In this document: in pieces, positions 13,300 through 27,104 of the stretch
Numbering within the stretch: the stretch's first letter is position 1
How the letters are laid out: each line of letters opens with the position of its first letter
NCBI RefSeq assembly: GCF_001194135.2
Contig: NC_069002.1
Span: 34,309,974-34,373,973 of the forward strand
Direction of reading: 5' to 3'
Length of the DNA stretch: 64,000 nt
Origin: Octopus bimaculoides
Taxonomy: Eukaryota
Position numbers and translations under genes: made by a program
The notes under the pieces: model-generated
What the model saw: only the letters and a program-made list of their open reading frames with translations
What the model was told of the DNA's origin: nothing
Database searches by the model: none

Positions 13300-14445
13300 T
13301 CTTGGCAAGAAGAACTGGTCTACAGATTCGGCAACTCTATTATCATAAAAGACATATTCAGCAGAAAAAAAAAATAATAAATTCTCGGAAACGGGCTAAA
13401 TCCACCGATGGCTACGACACTCAATAGAGAAACGTTGAGCAAAGAATTCTCTGACAATATTTGCAGTTGTAAATCCAGATCAGTTATGTCTGCTATGTCT
13501 TCTGAACGCGCCATATAGAGTTCATCAAAACTACTCATCGAATGAGTAAGTGTACTTTACGCTAAAAGCTACCATGTTGCTATTTCTTACACGTGAACAT
13601 GATTCAATGATATTATGTCTCCAGCAGCTTCCTTTTCCTTGATTTTTGTGATGGAAACCCCACATTGGTACTTCAATGTAAGCAACCAAATGCTGTCTTT
13701 TGACAAGGAGCAGTGTCCAAAATTTGCAAAATTGTTCCCAATTTGCAAATAGGATTTATAAACTAACGTTATCAATCAGGAAGGGGGAGGGAATAGGGGA
13801 AGGAAGAAAGAATTTTTCAACCAAATCTGCAAATAAAGCTCTGAAATCCACGCTTATTTTCATTGCAATTCTAATAAACTGTTTGTGAGTGCTTTCTGAA
13901 CACTTTAAAATTACATGTTTTCTGATAGATCAATCAAAAAGGGCTATAATTTTAACTCATTTGCAGCATTTTGATATCATAAAAGCGCTACGGGTATCAG
14001 TATTAACTTCCAAGCCAATTTGCAATTTTTCTTTATACCGAAGAAAATTTTATTTAGCTTTCGTTTCCAACAGAATCTCGTTTCATCCACAAAACCCATA
14101 TCTTTAATAATTATCTTTAATACGCTGTGATACTTAGCTGATACACTATCATTTGTAATAGCAGCTTTTGCATGAAAATATGAGCTGAAGGTTTTCAAAT
14201 CTCCGAAATCTTCTAAATCTTGGTGAAGAATCCTTCGGTAGATCTTCAATCAAGTTTCCTTTATGTCATAGTATAGTTTTTGCTGATGAAAATATTCTGT
14301 TGCATTTAACTTGGTGGTCATTTCACTAAAAAAAACACGCGCTTGATTGCGATGGGGAATAAACGTTTTTAGATGACATCCTATTTCAATCAATGCAAGT
14401 TTTTGTTTCTGCCTTGAAAATTTACTGATGAACCAGAACATTGAA
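13300..14445 (-). pseudogene. Decayed pogo/Tigger-family (Tc1/mariner superfamily) transposase
   Basis: Manual translation across stops and frameshifts gives, in the expected order: EIGCHLKTFIPHRNQ (CENP-B-type HTH), HAKAAITNDSVSAKYHSVLKIIIKDMGF-VDETRFCWKRK (compare Tigger GEAASAD...LKKIIEEGGY...DETGLFWKKM), NAANELKL*PFLIDLSEN (compare NAAGDFKLKPMLIYHSEN), K*AWISELYLQIWLKNSF (compare KAWMT..LF..WF) and ILQILDTAPCQ (compare ILLLIDNAPGH). Terminal inverted repeats not identified; an N gap lies at the 5' side. Confidence 0.85.
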
Positions 14446-14717
14446 TCCGATCTGACAAAGGTTTGCTTTAGAAATAATATACAACACTGGTTGTTATTCA
14501 GAGATATTAATNNNNNNNNNNNNNNNNNNNNNNNNNNNNNNNNNNNNNNNNNNNNNNNNNNNNNNNNACAAAGAAATATTCAACTTATAGTTCATTAAGA
14601 AGCAATAAACATACGTAATGTTATGCAATTACTACTATATGCATAGGCACACGAAACACACACGTACACACGTATATGTATATAATTATATATAGAGAGA
14701 AATATATGTATACACAT

Positions 14718-14766
<49 letters not shown>

Positions 14767-15033
14767 CACTAATATATATGTTGATGAATGGTCCTTCATC
14801 TACCTGAGAGTTGATGATTCAATTCTGACATAAATGGAATTACGGCCGCTGTATCATGTTAGTGTTCTTCAGTCAGAAACTACCACATCAAAACCCCCTT
14901 AAATAACACATTAAATATCCCTTCATGTCAAGACTCTCGTTGCTTTCACAATCCTATATCGGCTTGTTTATATTTACATCCTGTGGAGAGAGCAAAGCTG
15001 TTCGAAATTTTATCATTTTATATTCTCATCTGA

Positions 15034-15245
15034 GGTGGCGAGCTGGCAGAATCGTTAACAGGCTGGGCAAAGCTTTTAGCCGTATTCCGTACGTCTTTAT
15101 GTTCTGCGTTCAAATTCTGCCGGGGTTGATATTGCCTTTTACCTTTTCGAGGTCGATGAAAAAAGTAGCAGTCAAACCTTGAAGTCGATGTTATCGATCA
15201 TCCCTCTCCCACCGAATTTCAGGCACTGGTCGCATAGTTGTATCT
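15034..15245 (+). mobile_element. tRNA-derived SINE, local family A (diverged)
   Basis: GGTGGCGAGCTGGCAGAATCGTTAACAGG...GCGTTCAAATTCTGCC...GAGGTCGATG...GTCGATGTTATCGATCATCCCTCTCCC. Confidence 0.82.
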
Positions 15246-15363
15246 GAAACTACGAAATCCATTTCCAAAGCCTGGAATATTAGGTTCTATGACCAAGTGT
15301 TCGTTGAAGTCACTACATATTTGTGTACATGTATTTGAATCTTATTTGTATTCCATTCTGCCT

Positions 15364-15583
15364 AAATAATGGATCTACAAACACAATATCCCTGCATATC
15401 TCACATCTATTTTCATTCCTCCACTTCACTCTCTATTTCGTATCTTATCTAAATTAACTATTGCTTAGCCATCTTCTCACACCGTCTCCGATGAAGGGAT
15501 ATAACAGATATCCTGGAAACAGCTTTAAGACCCTCTATTTATAAATGTTCTTAATTCTACACAGCCTTGGTTCTTATCTCATT
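15364..15583 (+). mobile_element. ~220-bp hammerhead-bearing dispersed repeat, copy 2
   Basis: Inverted homologue of 3637-3855. Confidence 0.75.
15484..15531 (+). ncRNA. Hammerhead ribozyme motif, helix III disrupted
   Basis: GUCU-CCGAUGA-AGGGAUAU-AACAG-AUAUCCUG-GAAAC-AGCU-UUA-AGAC; same fold as 3687-3734 but GUA is changed to UUA, breaking the C15.2-G16.2 pair. Confidence 0.6.
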
Positions 15584-15585
15584 AC

Positions 15586-15941
<356 letters not shown>

Positions 15942-17184
15942 TAAATCTATTACGAAACAAAATGTTTATGCACATGTATTTATGTATAAATGCATGTTGT
16001 TTATACATGTTTTTATCTGTCTCTCTATTGACGCGTCTGTGAGCGCAATTTTACGTATGACATGTCCCTTCTGTTCATTGATTTCTGTATTTCTCGCCTG
16101 CATAGAGTGTACTGCATACTATCAGTGCCTGCATTCGCTTAAAATATTTGCGTACAGGAATATCAAAATGACGTTGACGGTTAACAAAACTGACAAAGAC
16201 AATGATAAAAGAAAAAAGAAAATGCTGATGATGATTCTGTTTCCACAGTTAGTATTTCTTTCAGTAATGAGGAGCAGGACGAGGTAGAAAAGTAAGAGGG
16301 GATTGTAATGATGATTATCACGTCGACTACGACTAGGCTGCTAGCTTTCCTGAGCACTCACAATTTTACATACAATCACGTAGAGTACATGAATTTGCCG
16401 TTTATTTATTCCGTGTTCCAATATTTCCTCTAGCTTGTTTCTTATGTAAATTATGTAATATTAATAATCTTTTCACAAAAGAATTCTCTTTCCCTTTCAA
16501 TATGTTTAACGTTATAACTTAAACAGTTCTTCATTTAATATAGAGGAGGAAATATAAACTTAAAAATTGCACAAAAAATATAAAAGAAAACACATCATGT
16601 TTCGATAAATTTAAGATTTAAATATGAAATTCCAGTAATTTTCACTGTCCTTGTCAACATATGCCACATCGAATTTATTGTCTATAAGAATTTATTATCT
16701 ATAAATATTTACTGAGAGCAAAGCGGTTAAAAGAATATTTTAATGGCTTTATTTTTAATATTTCGATAGGCGAAGTGCAAAAGTGAAATATGTCCTTGAG
16801 TAACTGGGTTGTATTTGCCACAAAAAATAAATCGAGATAAAAAAATTTGAAAGCAATTTTCGCAATGCAGGCTTTATTTTAGTTATTTATCAAATTACTA
16901 AATTATTTTTCTATTGGGCATTATAATTAGAAACCTTATACACACAAGTTACATATATCTGACAGTAAACAATAGTCCATTCACTGGAAATGTAACTGCT
17001 AGAAGACAATAATAACGAACCACGCACCATAAGTTAGCCAACATTGCAACGATTCTGATTTTTCTTTCGTCTGAGAAGGGTCCGGAGTCATTCTAGTTCG
17101 TTGTTTTCTCCTCTATATTTTTACGCCGTCCCACAAACACGAGAAATGCTGCATTTGCTATTCTTGATTTTTTATGCGCCCTTT

Positions 17185-17470
17185 TTAAGCTCATGGACAC
17201 GTTTCCCGGTTTCTATGGCGTATGTGCTCCCCATAGCTGGACGGGACGCCAGTCCATCGCAGCGTCACCCAAGAAACAGGAAGAAAGAGTGAGAGAAAGT
17301 TGGGGCGAAAGAGTACAACAGGGGTCGCCACACCCAACCCCCTGCCGGAGCCTTGTGGAGATTTACGTGTTTTCGCTAAATAAACACGCACAACGCTCGG
17401 TCTGGGAATCGAAACCGCAATTCTTCGACCGCGAGACCGCTGCCCTAATCACTGGGCCATTGCCCCTCCA
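17185..17470 (-). mobile_element. tRNA-derived SINE, local family C
   Basis: Minus-strand head TGGCCCAGTGATTAGGGC (A box) ... GGTTTCGATTCCC (B box), followed by a GC-rich body containing GCGATGGACTGGCGTCCCGTCCAG. Confidence 0.78.
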
Positions 17471-20400
17471 AATCGTATACAATATAAACAATTAAAAGAT
17501 ATAGGCAACTAATCCCTCTTTTTAGTCTTATATTTCTTCTCTGTTTTAATAAGCAACCTTTTAAATCCCCTTTCCCATACAGCTTAATATGAATTTAAGC
17601 GCCGAAGAGTGGGGTGTGCACACCGCAGATGGTAGCAGCTTTACATATAATGTTTTATTGCACTCTATGGCATGATAATTTTAAAGAAATACATAGATAA
17701 TTAGGCTACTGCGCAATGTGACAAATTGCTTACTCAGGTAGCTCCAATGCATAAATTAGTAAAAGTGTCAATAATTCAGACATACAGTTTTTTGCAAAAA
17801 CATGGTAAATTTTGTAAATGCAGAGGCTTTCGAAGGCATTTTTTTTCCTTATAAGACCATATATTTTTGACTCATTTTATATTTTCGGTGTCTTTCCGTC
17901 ATACTATTTCATAATCCGGCACGTGCATATTATTCATAACTTTACGGGTGTACCGTCTTGTTCTAAGATGAAATACCATGCAATACAAAGATACTACGTG
18001 TGATGAATTGAAATAACCATATTTTCCACAAGCCAAATCATTCACCCTTGGATAAATACATTCTGAAAGACTTGACACATTCAGAAGAAAGTAAAGAAAC
18101 AGTATAACTTTATACTCGTAATATTATTTAGTGATAACTTTACTCGATATGAAAGGAAAAAATCAGAAAGAAAAGAAAGGCTACACTAAAAACGAATTGT
18201 GGAATATTTTTGCTGAACATGCATTACCCATCTACAAATCAATACCCGAAATACGTTTTTCACTCTTATATAACTCTGGTTTAAAACTTGAATCTTGACC
18301 AAATGTCTTCCATCACTTATTTTAAACAGATGTAGCGTGCTTGAACAAAATGGCCTGTAAATATGGTAACAATGTGAACAGACTCACTACGACGCTCTAA
18401 CACGAAAATTCGTACCGATGTAATTACTCTAAACTAGATTTTGTTATAGCTGTTTAACCTATTATAATTAATTTACTGTTTGGAAGAATTTGGTTTATTA
18501 AATTCTGTATATTGGGCAAATGTTTCAACTTTAAAAAGGCAGGCTATTTATTGTCGCGGTTATTTTCGAGCTGGTGTTGATGGTGATGACGACGAAGGTA
18601 GTAGCAGCGTTCATGTTGTTGTAGTTAATTTTATCGTTATTTTTTCTCATGACAATGTTTTTTTTTATATATATATATATATATGTATATGTTCTTTCCC
18701 AATTTCTCCGCAAAATGAAATTTTCTCTTTGAAGAGAGGGAAAAGTATAGTTAGATACGCAAGAATAGAATAAGGACACGTAAGTAAATAAATCGTTACA
18801 TGTAAAGAAATTTATTACCAAATTAATTTTAATTTCCCTCACCAATATATGCAGGTAAATATGCGCACATTTTTCGCTTTAGGTCTTATGTTGATTGCAC
18901 ATTCTTAATATATATATGTAAAAAATATTATATATATGTATGTAAGTATATATATGTATATATATATATATATATATACATACACATTCGTATATGTTTA
19001 TATCAATCTACGCTTACGCGTATGCAGTTCAATATAATTACACTCCCATATACACGCAAGATTATAATTTCTGAGCGGCACGCTTTCTTACAAAAGACGC
19101 ATACACACATGCAAATAATCACGCTGAAGTTCACCATATCGGCACGCATTCTTGCCTCCAACAATGCATACATATTATGCAAGTAAGTAAATTTCTCACA
19201 TGCATGCATTTGGCGTATATCAAAGGCTTAGAATTAAATATGCACAAAGAAAGAATAAGAGAGAGAGGAGGGAGAGGAAAACAAAGGAACAATATTAAAA
19301 ACGACTACGACACAGCACGAATCAAAAATTCAGGCAACAAGATTTAAGAACATAAAAGCGTGTAACATTTGTCCTTGTTAATTCAACTATATATTTGATT
19401 AAATTTAACACGTCTTTTATCTTATTTTAAACGAAACGCATTTAGTTTTATAAATGGGAGTAATGTAAATTAAAAAGCATGCATGAATTCGTACGAACAT
19501 GCTTACACACATACATACATACACACGCACACACACACACACATAATGCATGTATACACCGTACATGTATGTGGTGTAAAGAGGGAATTGTGGGAGAAAC
19601 AGAAACTGTAAGATGTGTTAAAGTTTGCCAAATGGATTATAATGGTTTTCTTAGTCTCTTTTCAAGAGTTCGAATACGCTCCTGGCGTTGTTTTTAGTTC
19701 CTTCTCATAACATCTTTCTTTTGATTCTGCCAGCCTACCTATTTGAACTGAATGTCTAAAAAGTGACGTCGTTTAATAATGTCTGCCACTGAGTATTCTT
19801 GCTAAACTCCATCTTTTTAACGTGTAATGTGATTTTTAATTCTAGTTGCATAAATGCCCTTTAATACATAATTTGTGGCCCGTAGTGAATGTACGGCATG
19901 CGGGATCTATGTCTCCTTTGGGCAAAAATGATCTGCAAACACACATACACTTACACAGACTCACGTGCTCTCACATTCACACACACACACACATATTTAC
20001 ACTCTTTCGAAAACTAAGCTAACACTGGAATTAATTCAAGACAAGAGTGAAAAGAGAAGAGAATTACTGTTCCTCATCCTCATCTCATGGTACAATCGCT
20101 CCATAAATATATAGCCTTTTGTAATATCAAATTAAACGTAGTCTGATCCATAGGCAAATAGTTTTTTTTTTCTTACGAGAAAATGAGAAATATAGTTCTT
20201 ATATACATAAGCGAAGTGAGGGCTGACTTATTCCATGTACACCTAGAACATATTTTCACGGAAATATTCTCTTCATGGTTGCATATAAGAAATTTTAGAA
20301 ATATTTATAGTTACTAATATAGTATAGGTGTTTGGGAAAATAAATTAGATTATAGAACGTAAATACTATAAAATGAGAGCAATTTTGTTCAACATAATGT

Positions 20401-20505
20401 AATCCTGGGCGAGTCGATTACGTCGACAGCATTACTCAACTCGTATTTATTTTTTCGATTCCATGCTAAAGGTTCGACCAGCTCGCCACTTACCTGGTGA
20501 TAGTA

Positions 20506-20710
20506 ATATTGGTTTCAAATTATTGCACAACACCATTACTTTGGTAGAGGCGATAATCGATTACGTTGACACCACTGCTCCACTGGTACTTAATTTATCG
20601 ACCCCAAAAGAATGAAAGGTAAATTAGAACTTGGTGGAATTTGAACCCAGAACGTAAGGACGGATGGTATGCAGCCAAGCGTTTTTTCCAGTGCGGTAAT
20701 AAATCTGCCG
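20506..20710 (-). mobile_element. tRNA-derived SINE, local family A (diverged)
   Basis: Plus strand GATAATCGATTACG...CTGGTACTTAATTTATCGACCCCAAAAGAATGAAAGGTAAA...GGAATTTGAACCCAGAACGTAAGGACGGA is the reverse complement of the family A body and head. Confidence 0.78.
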
Positions 20711-23142
20711 TGGAGATGATAAAAATATTACCAGTAAAAGTAAGAAAAAGACAACCTGCATGAATATTAGCTGTCAGATACGAGCGAATATAAATTGGTG
20801 GCGTAGAATATGATTTCATTAATTCTTCCAGGTGCCTAAGTATTCGTGACACAATAATTGGAGAAAGAGAGAGTTATAGCAGCAAATTGCTGGGCCAATG
20901 CTTCATTGCCACGTGCGGTATCGGATCCTATTAATGTGATCGTGAATGGACAAACTTAGACGCAACCCACGCTGTAAGTCAATGGTACACAAAATAAATA
21001 AAGTTTGAAAGCACATACCTGCTTATAATATACTACTGAAGCTAAAATGTTCTGGGTAAAATGTAATGTTATGTAAGCGCAATTGTTTTACAAAGCTTAA
21101 AAATCTAATGTTAAAAAATACAAATACAATCAAAGCAATCAAGTTGTAGTACTATCAACGATGCTGTAGATGATGGATTAGATTAATTATTAAAGTTATG
21201 AAATGTTTCTATCAACCTATTTTCAATTCGTACTGCCGAAATCTCTACCGAGATGCACGCCTACATTTCTGTAAAGACAATTACAGAAACACACATCTGG
21301 TATGCATTGTTCCATTACTGTATCGAAAAGTAATAAATAGTAATAATAGAATCACTATATATTCTTAAGACATTCTCACGTATCATGTGTTAATCACGAA
21401 CATAACATGTACACGTAATTCTATGGAATAAAATAAAGCTCTTCGCGTGTTTGTAATTCTCGAATCATCAAAAAACAAAAAAAGAAAAGAACTTCAATAG
21501 CAGCGGCAGCAATAGCAAAAACAGCAACATTTTATTCCACTTTACTCAAGGGCATTGATTGTGAGGACGATATTACATGTACCAATTAGTGAAACTGTTG
21601 GGCGTTCGGAAAAGCTATTACGAAGAAGAAAAAAATATGGACATTGAAAGTAAAAGCAATAATACATTTTTAATAGCTTTTATTTCCTAGAATGTGTTTT
21701 TTTAAAAATCTCTATTACATTTTCTCCTCGGGTATTTTAATATATATATATATACACCTCTTTATTTAATCAACATCGTTTTTAATTTCGCATTTTTTTC
21801 CTATTCTCTTTGATATTTTCACAATTTTATTTTCATGGATTCTCGACAAATTCCTATGTTTGATTTATTTTCTTAAGATTTCATTCTCGTCACGTAAATA
21901 GCTACAAAAAGTTTATGTATAAGATATAAGGTGGTGTAGGTTCTTGGTTTTGTGTTTAAACATGTTTCGCTATTGTTTACTAAATGTCATTTTCTAATAT
22001 ATTTTCTGAATTTTAATATTCATTTACAACTTATTCAATTTTTCTACAATTATTTTTTATTTAATGCTTATTTAGTTTTTGCCAGCCTCTTTTGTCATTA
22101 TGTGGTGAAAGAAGCACAGCGTTTTGTAATTTGTATTTACGATGTCCCTTAGCAAATGCTACTGAGATAAAAGGAGTGGTTATTAAAACCAATAATCACT
22201 CGATCTGCGTCAGCATTTTACCAACGTTGTTAATAAGTCAAACATAAAATAACTGTTGAATAAATATTAAAAAAAAACCCAATGTATAACAACGACTGTA
22301 CACTCCACCATTTCTTATTTACCACCTTTTTTCCTGTCTATTTTAGGATAGTTTTGACCTAAGTCATCCATGCTGTTAAATTCGAGCAGCCTACTCAATT
22401 AAGACGAAATTAGAATTCTGGGATAAGAAAATGATTTTCAGATATTTCTGACTTTGCATTTTGCTGAGGAGCTTTACCGGTTCGAGATAAATTCTACACA
22501 CAAACAGACACTTTTTTACACACACACACACACACACGTATTTCAGTACAATTTCTCCACCTTGTTTTGCACTTAAGTACTCACCTGTGTGTGTATATGA
22601 TTTGTAGGCACGTGGTACTTCGTTACGCAACCATAATATATTATAATGTATATTAAATGTCTTTTATATGCTAATGTCACATTCTAATGCGTTAGTAGTG
22701 CTTTTTACATTCTTTTCTTGATGTTATTTCTACAGATAGCACTGAATTTTGTTACAACGTTTCGTATTGAATGGTCAGATGTAAACAAACAATGAGATTG
22801 AAAAGAAGAATGGGTAATAAGTGTATAAGTCATCTTATCCATTCTCGCCTCCGAACACGTTGTACAACCACCGCATATAGCGGTGTTAAGTTATTGGATA
22901 TATTAATTTACACATGAAACGCATTCCTCCAGCTGGTACCCATACCCGTCTTTGTCTTCGATTTCACTGTTTGTTTACATCTGATGTTTCGATACGAAGC
23001 GTTGCAACAAAATTAAGTGCTGGCTAAATTTTTCAATTCGCGAGCTACATCATTTAAAATATTGAATTCCTGACGAAGATAGGATTCACTGGACACTTAT
23101 AAGCACATTCGGATTCTATATTAGTTACAAACTTTGACACTA

Positions 23143-23281
23143 GGCCGTTGATTCCAGTGCTCAACTGATAATTATTTCATCGATCCCGAAAGGATGAAAG
23201 TCAAAGATGACCTCGGCGGAATTTGAACTAAGAAATTAAGAACGGACCCCATGTTTGCACATTCTGCCAGTTCACCGCCTT
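23143..23281 (-). mobile_element. tRNA-derived SINE, local family A, internally deleted
   Basis: CCAGTGCTCAACTG...ATCGATCCCGAAAGGATGAAAG...GACCTCGGCGGAATTTGAAC...ATTCTGCCAGTTCACCGCC. Confidence 0.78.
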
Positions 23282-23719
23282 CATACTCGTTGAACTCTAT
23301 CTACAATGCATCAATAACTAGCCTTCAAGGGCAACAACACTTACTCTAAAACAGTTGACACTGCCTTTCTTCTTTTCCTCTCTTAACATACCCCAAATGC
23401 TTGTGAATTCTACGCAATACGCCAATGCCACACTAAATAAATGAATAGATACACCTATAGGTTTAAAGCGATGTCTCCATATTCCAATGCCACAAAATAT
23501 AAATAGTACACATCATGAAGAACATAACATGTTACATGATCTGTTTAAATAAGAGCTGTTCAACGTAGACTGTTCGTATATGTTCCATGAGATGCACCGT
23601 CAAAACAACGGCTATATCAGGTTTAAGTACATACTTAGCATAGACACAACAGCATCACAAAAGAGTCCACGTTCTTGAATTTCAGAAATATGTCAGAAGC
23701 CTGCAACTATTGCTTTTAT

Positions 23720-23908
23720 ACGACACTGAAGTGAAATCCAGAGTATTTCGTCTGTCTTTATATTATGAGTTCAAATTCCTTCGAGGTCGACTTTACCTTT
23801 CATCCTTTCGGGGTCGATTAATTAAGTACTAGTTGTGTACTCGTGTCGATCTAATCGACTGAACCCTCCTCCCAAAATGCGGGCCTTGTGCCTAGAGTAG
23901 AAAAGAAT
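23720..23908 (+). mobile_element. tRNA-derived SINE, local family A
   Basis: GTATTTCGTCTGTCTTTA...GAGTTCAAATTCCTTCGAGGTCGACTTTACCTTTCATCCTTTCGGGGTCGAT...GGCCTTGTGCCTAGAGTAGAAAAG. Confidence 0.85.
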
Positions 23909-24489
23909 ATGCGTATTTGCAGTTTGTGCATATAAAAGGAATTTTATAGTATGATATCCCGCATATGTCACTTTTTTAATTCCTCTCATGTATACACGCT
24001 TTACATTTGCTGCCTCTCTCACGGTTTCTTCTCTATCTATATATCTATCTATCTGCGTTACTCACTCTCCAGTTTTCCCTTTCCTTCTCCTTATCTCGCG
24101 CTCTCTATATTTCTTAATCTCCCACTCGCCTCTCTCTCTCTCCCACTCGCCTCTTTCACTGTTTCTCGCTAATATGTACAGAATGTGCTGCACTAAATTT
24201 TCAGTTAACTTAAATAGAACACTTTAAACCTTAATCCACCTTTGAACATTTTTGAAAATCTGTTTAGGTTTCAAAGCATTTTAACAACATGTGGGTTTCT
24301 AAAGTTGAAGCGCGAGAACACATACCCACACGCACCCACCCTCCCTCACCCCAAACACACATGCGCATGTACAAGCATAACATTTCCAAAGAAAATTAAA
24401 GCAATGAATGTTAAGACTCACATGATAAATGACTCTTGCACACATATGCATACATATCGAAAATTGCATCTGCAATATAGAAATTAATC

Positions 24490-24932
24490 TATGAAAATGC
24501 ATACCTGTGAATGTTATATGCATTCCAATGATATCTATATAAATTTACATATTTATATATATATATATATATGAGTATATATATATATATATATATACAT
24601 GAGTATATATATTTACATATATAAGCATATATATTTATGAGTATATATATATTTATATATATCAAAATATATATATGCATATATGTATATATATAAATGT
24701 ATATACATGCATATATATATATGTGTGTATATGCATGTATATATAAAAGTATATATATACATATTTATATTTTTATATATACACGTATATATAAATATAT
24801 ATGTATATATATACATATTTATATTTATATATATATATGTATATACAGGTATATATAAATGTATATACATGTATATATATATTCATATTTTTAGATATAT
24901 ACATATATATATGTATATATATATATATTTTC

Positions 24933-24995
<63 letters not shown>
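24490..24995. repeat. Degenerate (TA)n-based AT-rich simple repeat ending in (TG)n
   Basis: Read directly. Confidence 0.9.
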
Positions 24996-25604
24996 AATGC
25001 TTGTATAAGTACGTTAGGGTGTATTCATTGGGGTTGACTGCTAAATTCTTATATGTATATACGTGAGCGTGTTTATAGTAAGTTTATTCGTTTGCCGAAT
25101 AAAATTTGATTTTCAGAGGAAAGATATAAATGGAATATTTTGATGTTTTCTTTTTGAAATTCTCGAAAGCAATTATGTTGTAAAGCAGGAAAATGTATTT
25201 ATTACATTTCTATAAAAAGTAGGGGGTGAGGCTGAAGGAGTAAATTTGTATGATGAAAATATATAAATATAGTATTTATTTGGACTGAAATTTAGACAAA
25301 TCACTTAATATTGTACCGTTCAAATATACGGAGGTAGAATATTAAAATCCTCGGTTCTTTCATTTGAAACAATATTATAAATTTCTAGAGAAATCTATTA
25401 TATTTGACTCTTTATACAATGACAAAATGAAAGTCGAGCATTGAAGTGTTTGCGCGAGGTGGCAGTGATATCTAGGAAATCGACTGAAAGCTAGGAACCA
25501 AAGTAATTTGAAAATGCTGAGGAGTCATTGCATGCAGGCTGTAGACGATTTACAAAGGTGTTACAGCATCGTATAGACTACTGTGTGTCATGGATTCATG
25601 TAGG

Positions 25605-25620
25605 TATGAATATTTGTATA

Positions 25621-25667
<47 letters not shown>

Positions 25668-25710
25668 TATATATATAATATGTGTATATATTCATATATG
25701 TATATATACA

Positions 25711-25743
<33 letters not shown>

Positions 25744-25823
25744 GTATATGCGATATGTATATATACATATATATATATACATATATATATACATATATAC
25801 ATATATATGTATATATACGTATA

Positions 25824-25855
<32 letters not shown>

Positions 25856-26891
25856 ATATATGTATATATACATATATATATATAATATATGTATATATAC
25901 NNNNNNNNNNNNNNNNNNNNNNNNNNNNNNNNNNNNNNNNNNNNNNNNNNNNNNNNNNNNNNNNNNNNNNNNNNNNNNNNNNNNNNNNNNNNNNNNNNNN
26001 NNNNNNNNNNNNNNNNNNNNNNNNNNNNNNNNNNNNNNNNNNNNNNNNNNNNNNNNNNNNNNNNNNNNNNNNNNNNNNNNNNNNNNNNNNNNNNNNNNNN
26101 NNNNNNNNNNNNNNNNNNNNNNNNNNNNNNNNNNNNNNNNNNNNNNNNNNNNNNNNNNNNNNNNNNNNNNNNNNNNNNNNNNNNNNNNNNNNNNNNNNNN
26201 NNNNNNNNNNNNNNNNNNNNNNNNNNNNNNNNNNNNNNNNNNNNNNNNNNNNNNNNNNNNNNNNNNNNNNNNNNNNNNNNNNNNNNNNNNNNNNNNNNNN
26301 NNNNNNNNNNNNNNNNNNNNNNNNNNNNNNNNNNNNNNNNNNNNNNNNNNNNNNNNNNNNNNNNNNNNNNNNNNNNNNNNNNNNNNNNNNNNNNNNNNNN
26401 NNNNNNNNNNNNNNNNNNNNNNNNNNNNNNNNNNNNNNNNNNNNNNNNNNNNNNNNNNNNNNNNNNNNNNNNNNNNNNNNNNNNNNNNNNNNNNNNNNNN
26501 NNNNNNNNNNNNNNNNNNNNNNNNNNNNNNNNNNNNNNNNNNNNNNNNNNNNNNNNNNNNNNNNNNNNNNNNNNNNNNNNNNNNNNNNNNNNNNNNNNNN
26601 NNNNNNNNNNNNNNNNNNNNNNNNNNNNNNNNNNNNNNNNNNNNNNNNNNNNNNNNNNNNNNNNNNNNNNNNNNNNNNNNNNNNNNNNNNNNNNNNNNNN
26701 NNNNNNNNNNNNNNNNNNNNNNNNNNNNNNNNNNNNNNNNNNNNNNNNNNNNNNNNNNNNNNNNNNNNNNNNNNNNNNNNNNNNNNNNNNNNNNNNNNNN
26801 NNNNNNNNNNNNNNNNNNNNNNNNNNNNNNNNNNNNNNNNNNNNNNNNNNNNNNNNNNNNNNNNNNNNNNNNNNNNNNNNNNNNNNNNNNN

Positions 26892-26924
<33 letters not shown>

Positions 26925-27015
26925 GGATATATATATATATATATATATATACAAACATATATTTACATAAATATAATATATATATATATGTATATATATA
27001 TGAATACATATATTG
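25605..27015. repeat. Degenerate (TA)n simple repeat spanning a 991-bp N gap
   Basis: Read directly on both sides of gap 25901-26891. Confidence 0.85.
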
Positions 27016-27104
27016 TATAAAAGATCTTAGGTAAGGCTAAAACAATGCGAAGTAAATGCAAGGTAAATCACAAGAAAACAAATGCGTGAAGTAATGTAGA
27101 CTTC

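Noticed and set aside
17400-17470. tRNA-like A and B boxes (also in family A heads)
   Set aside because: No complete cloverleaf; they continue into SINE bodies, so they are SINE heads rather than tRNA genes.
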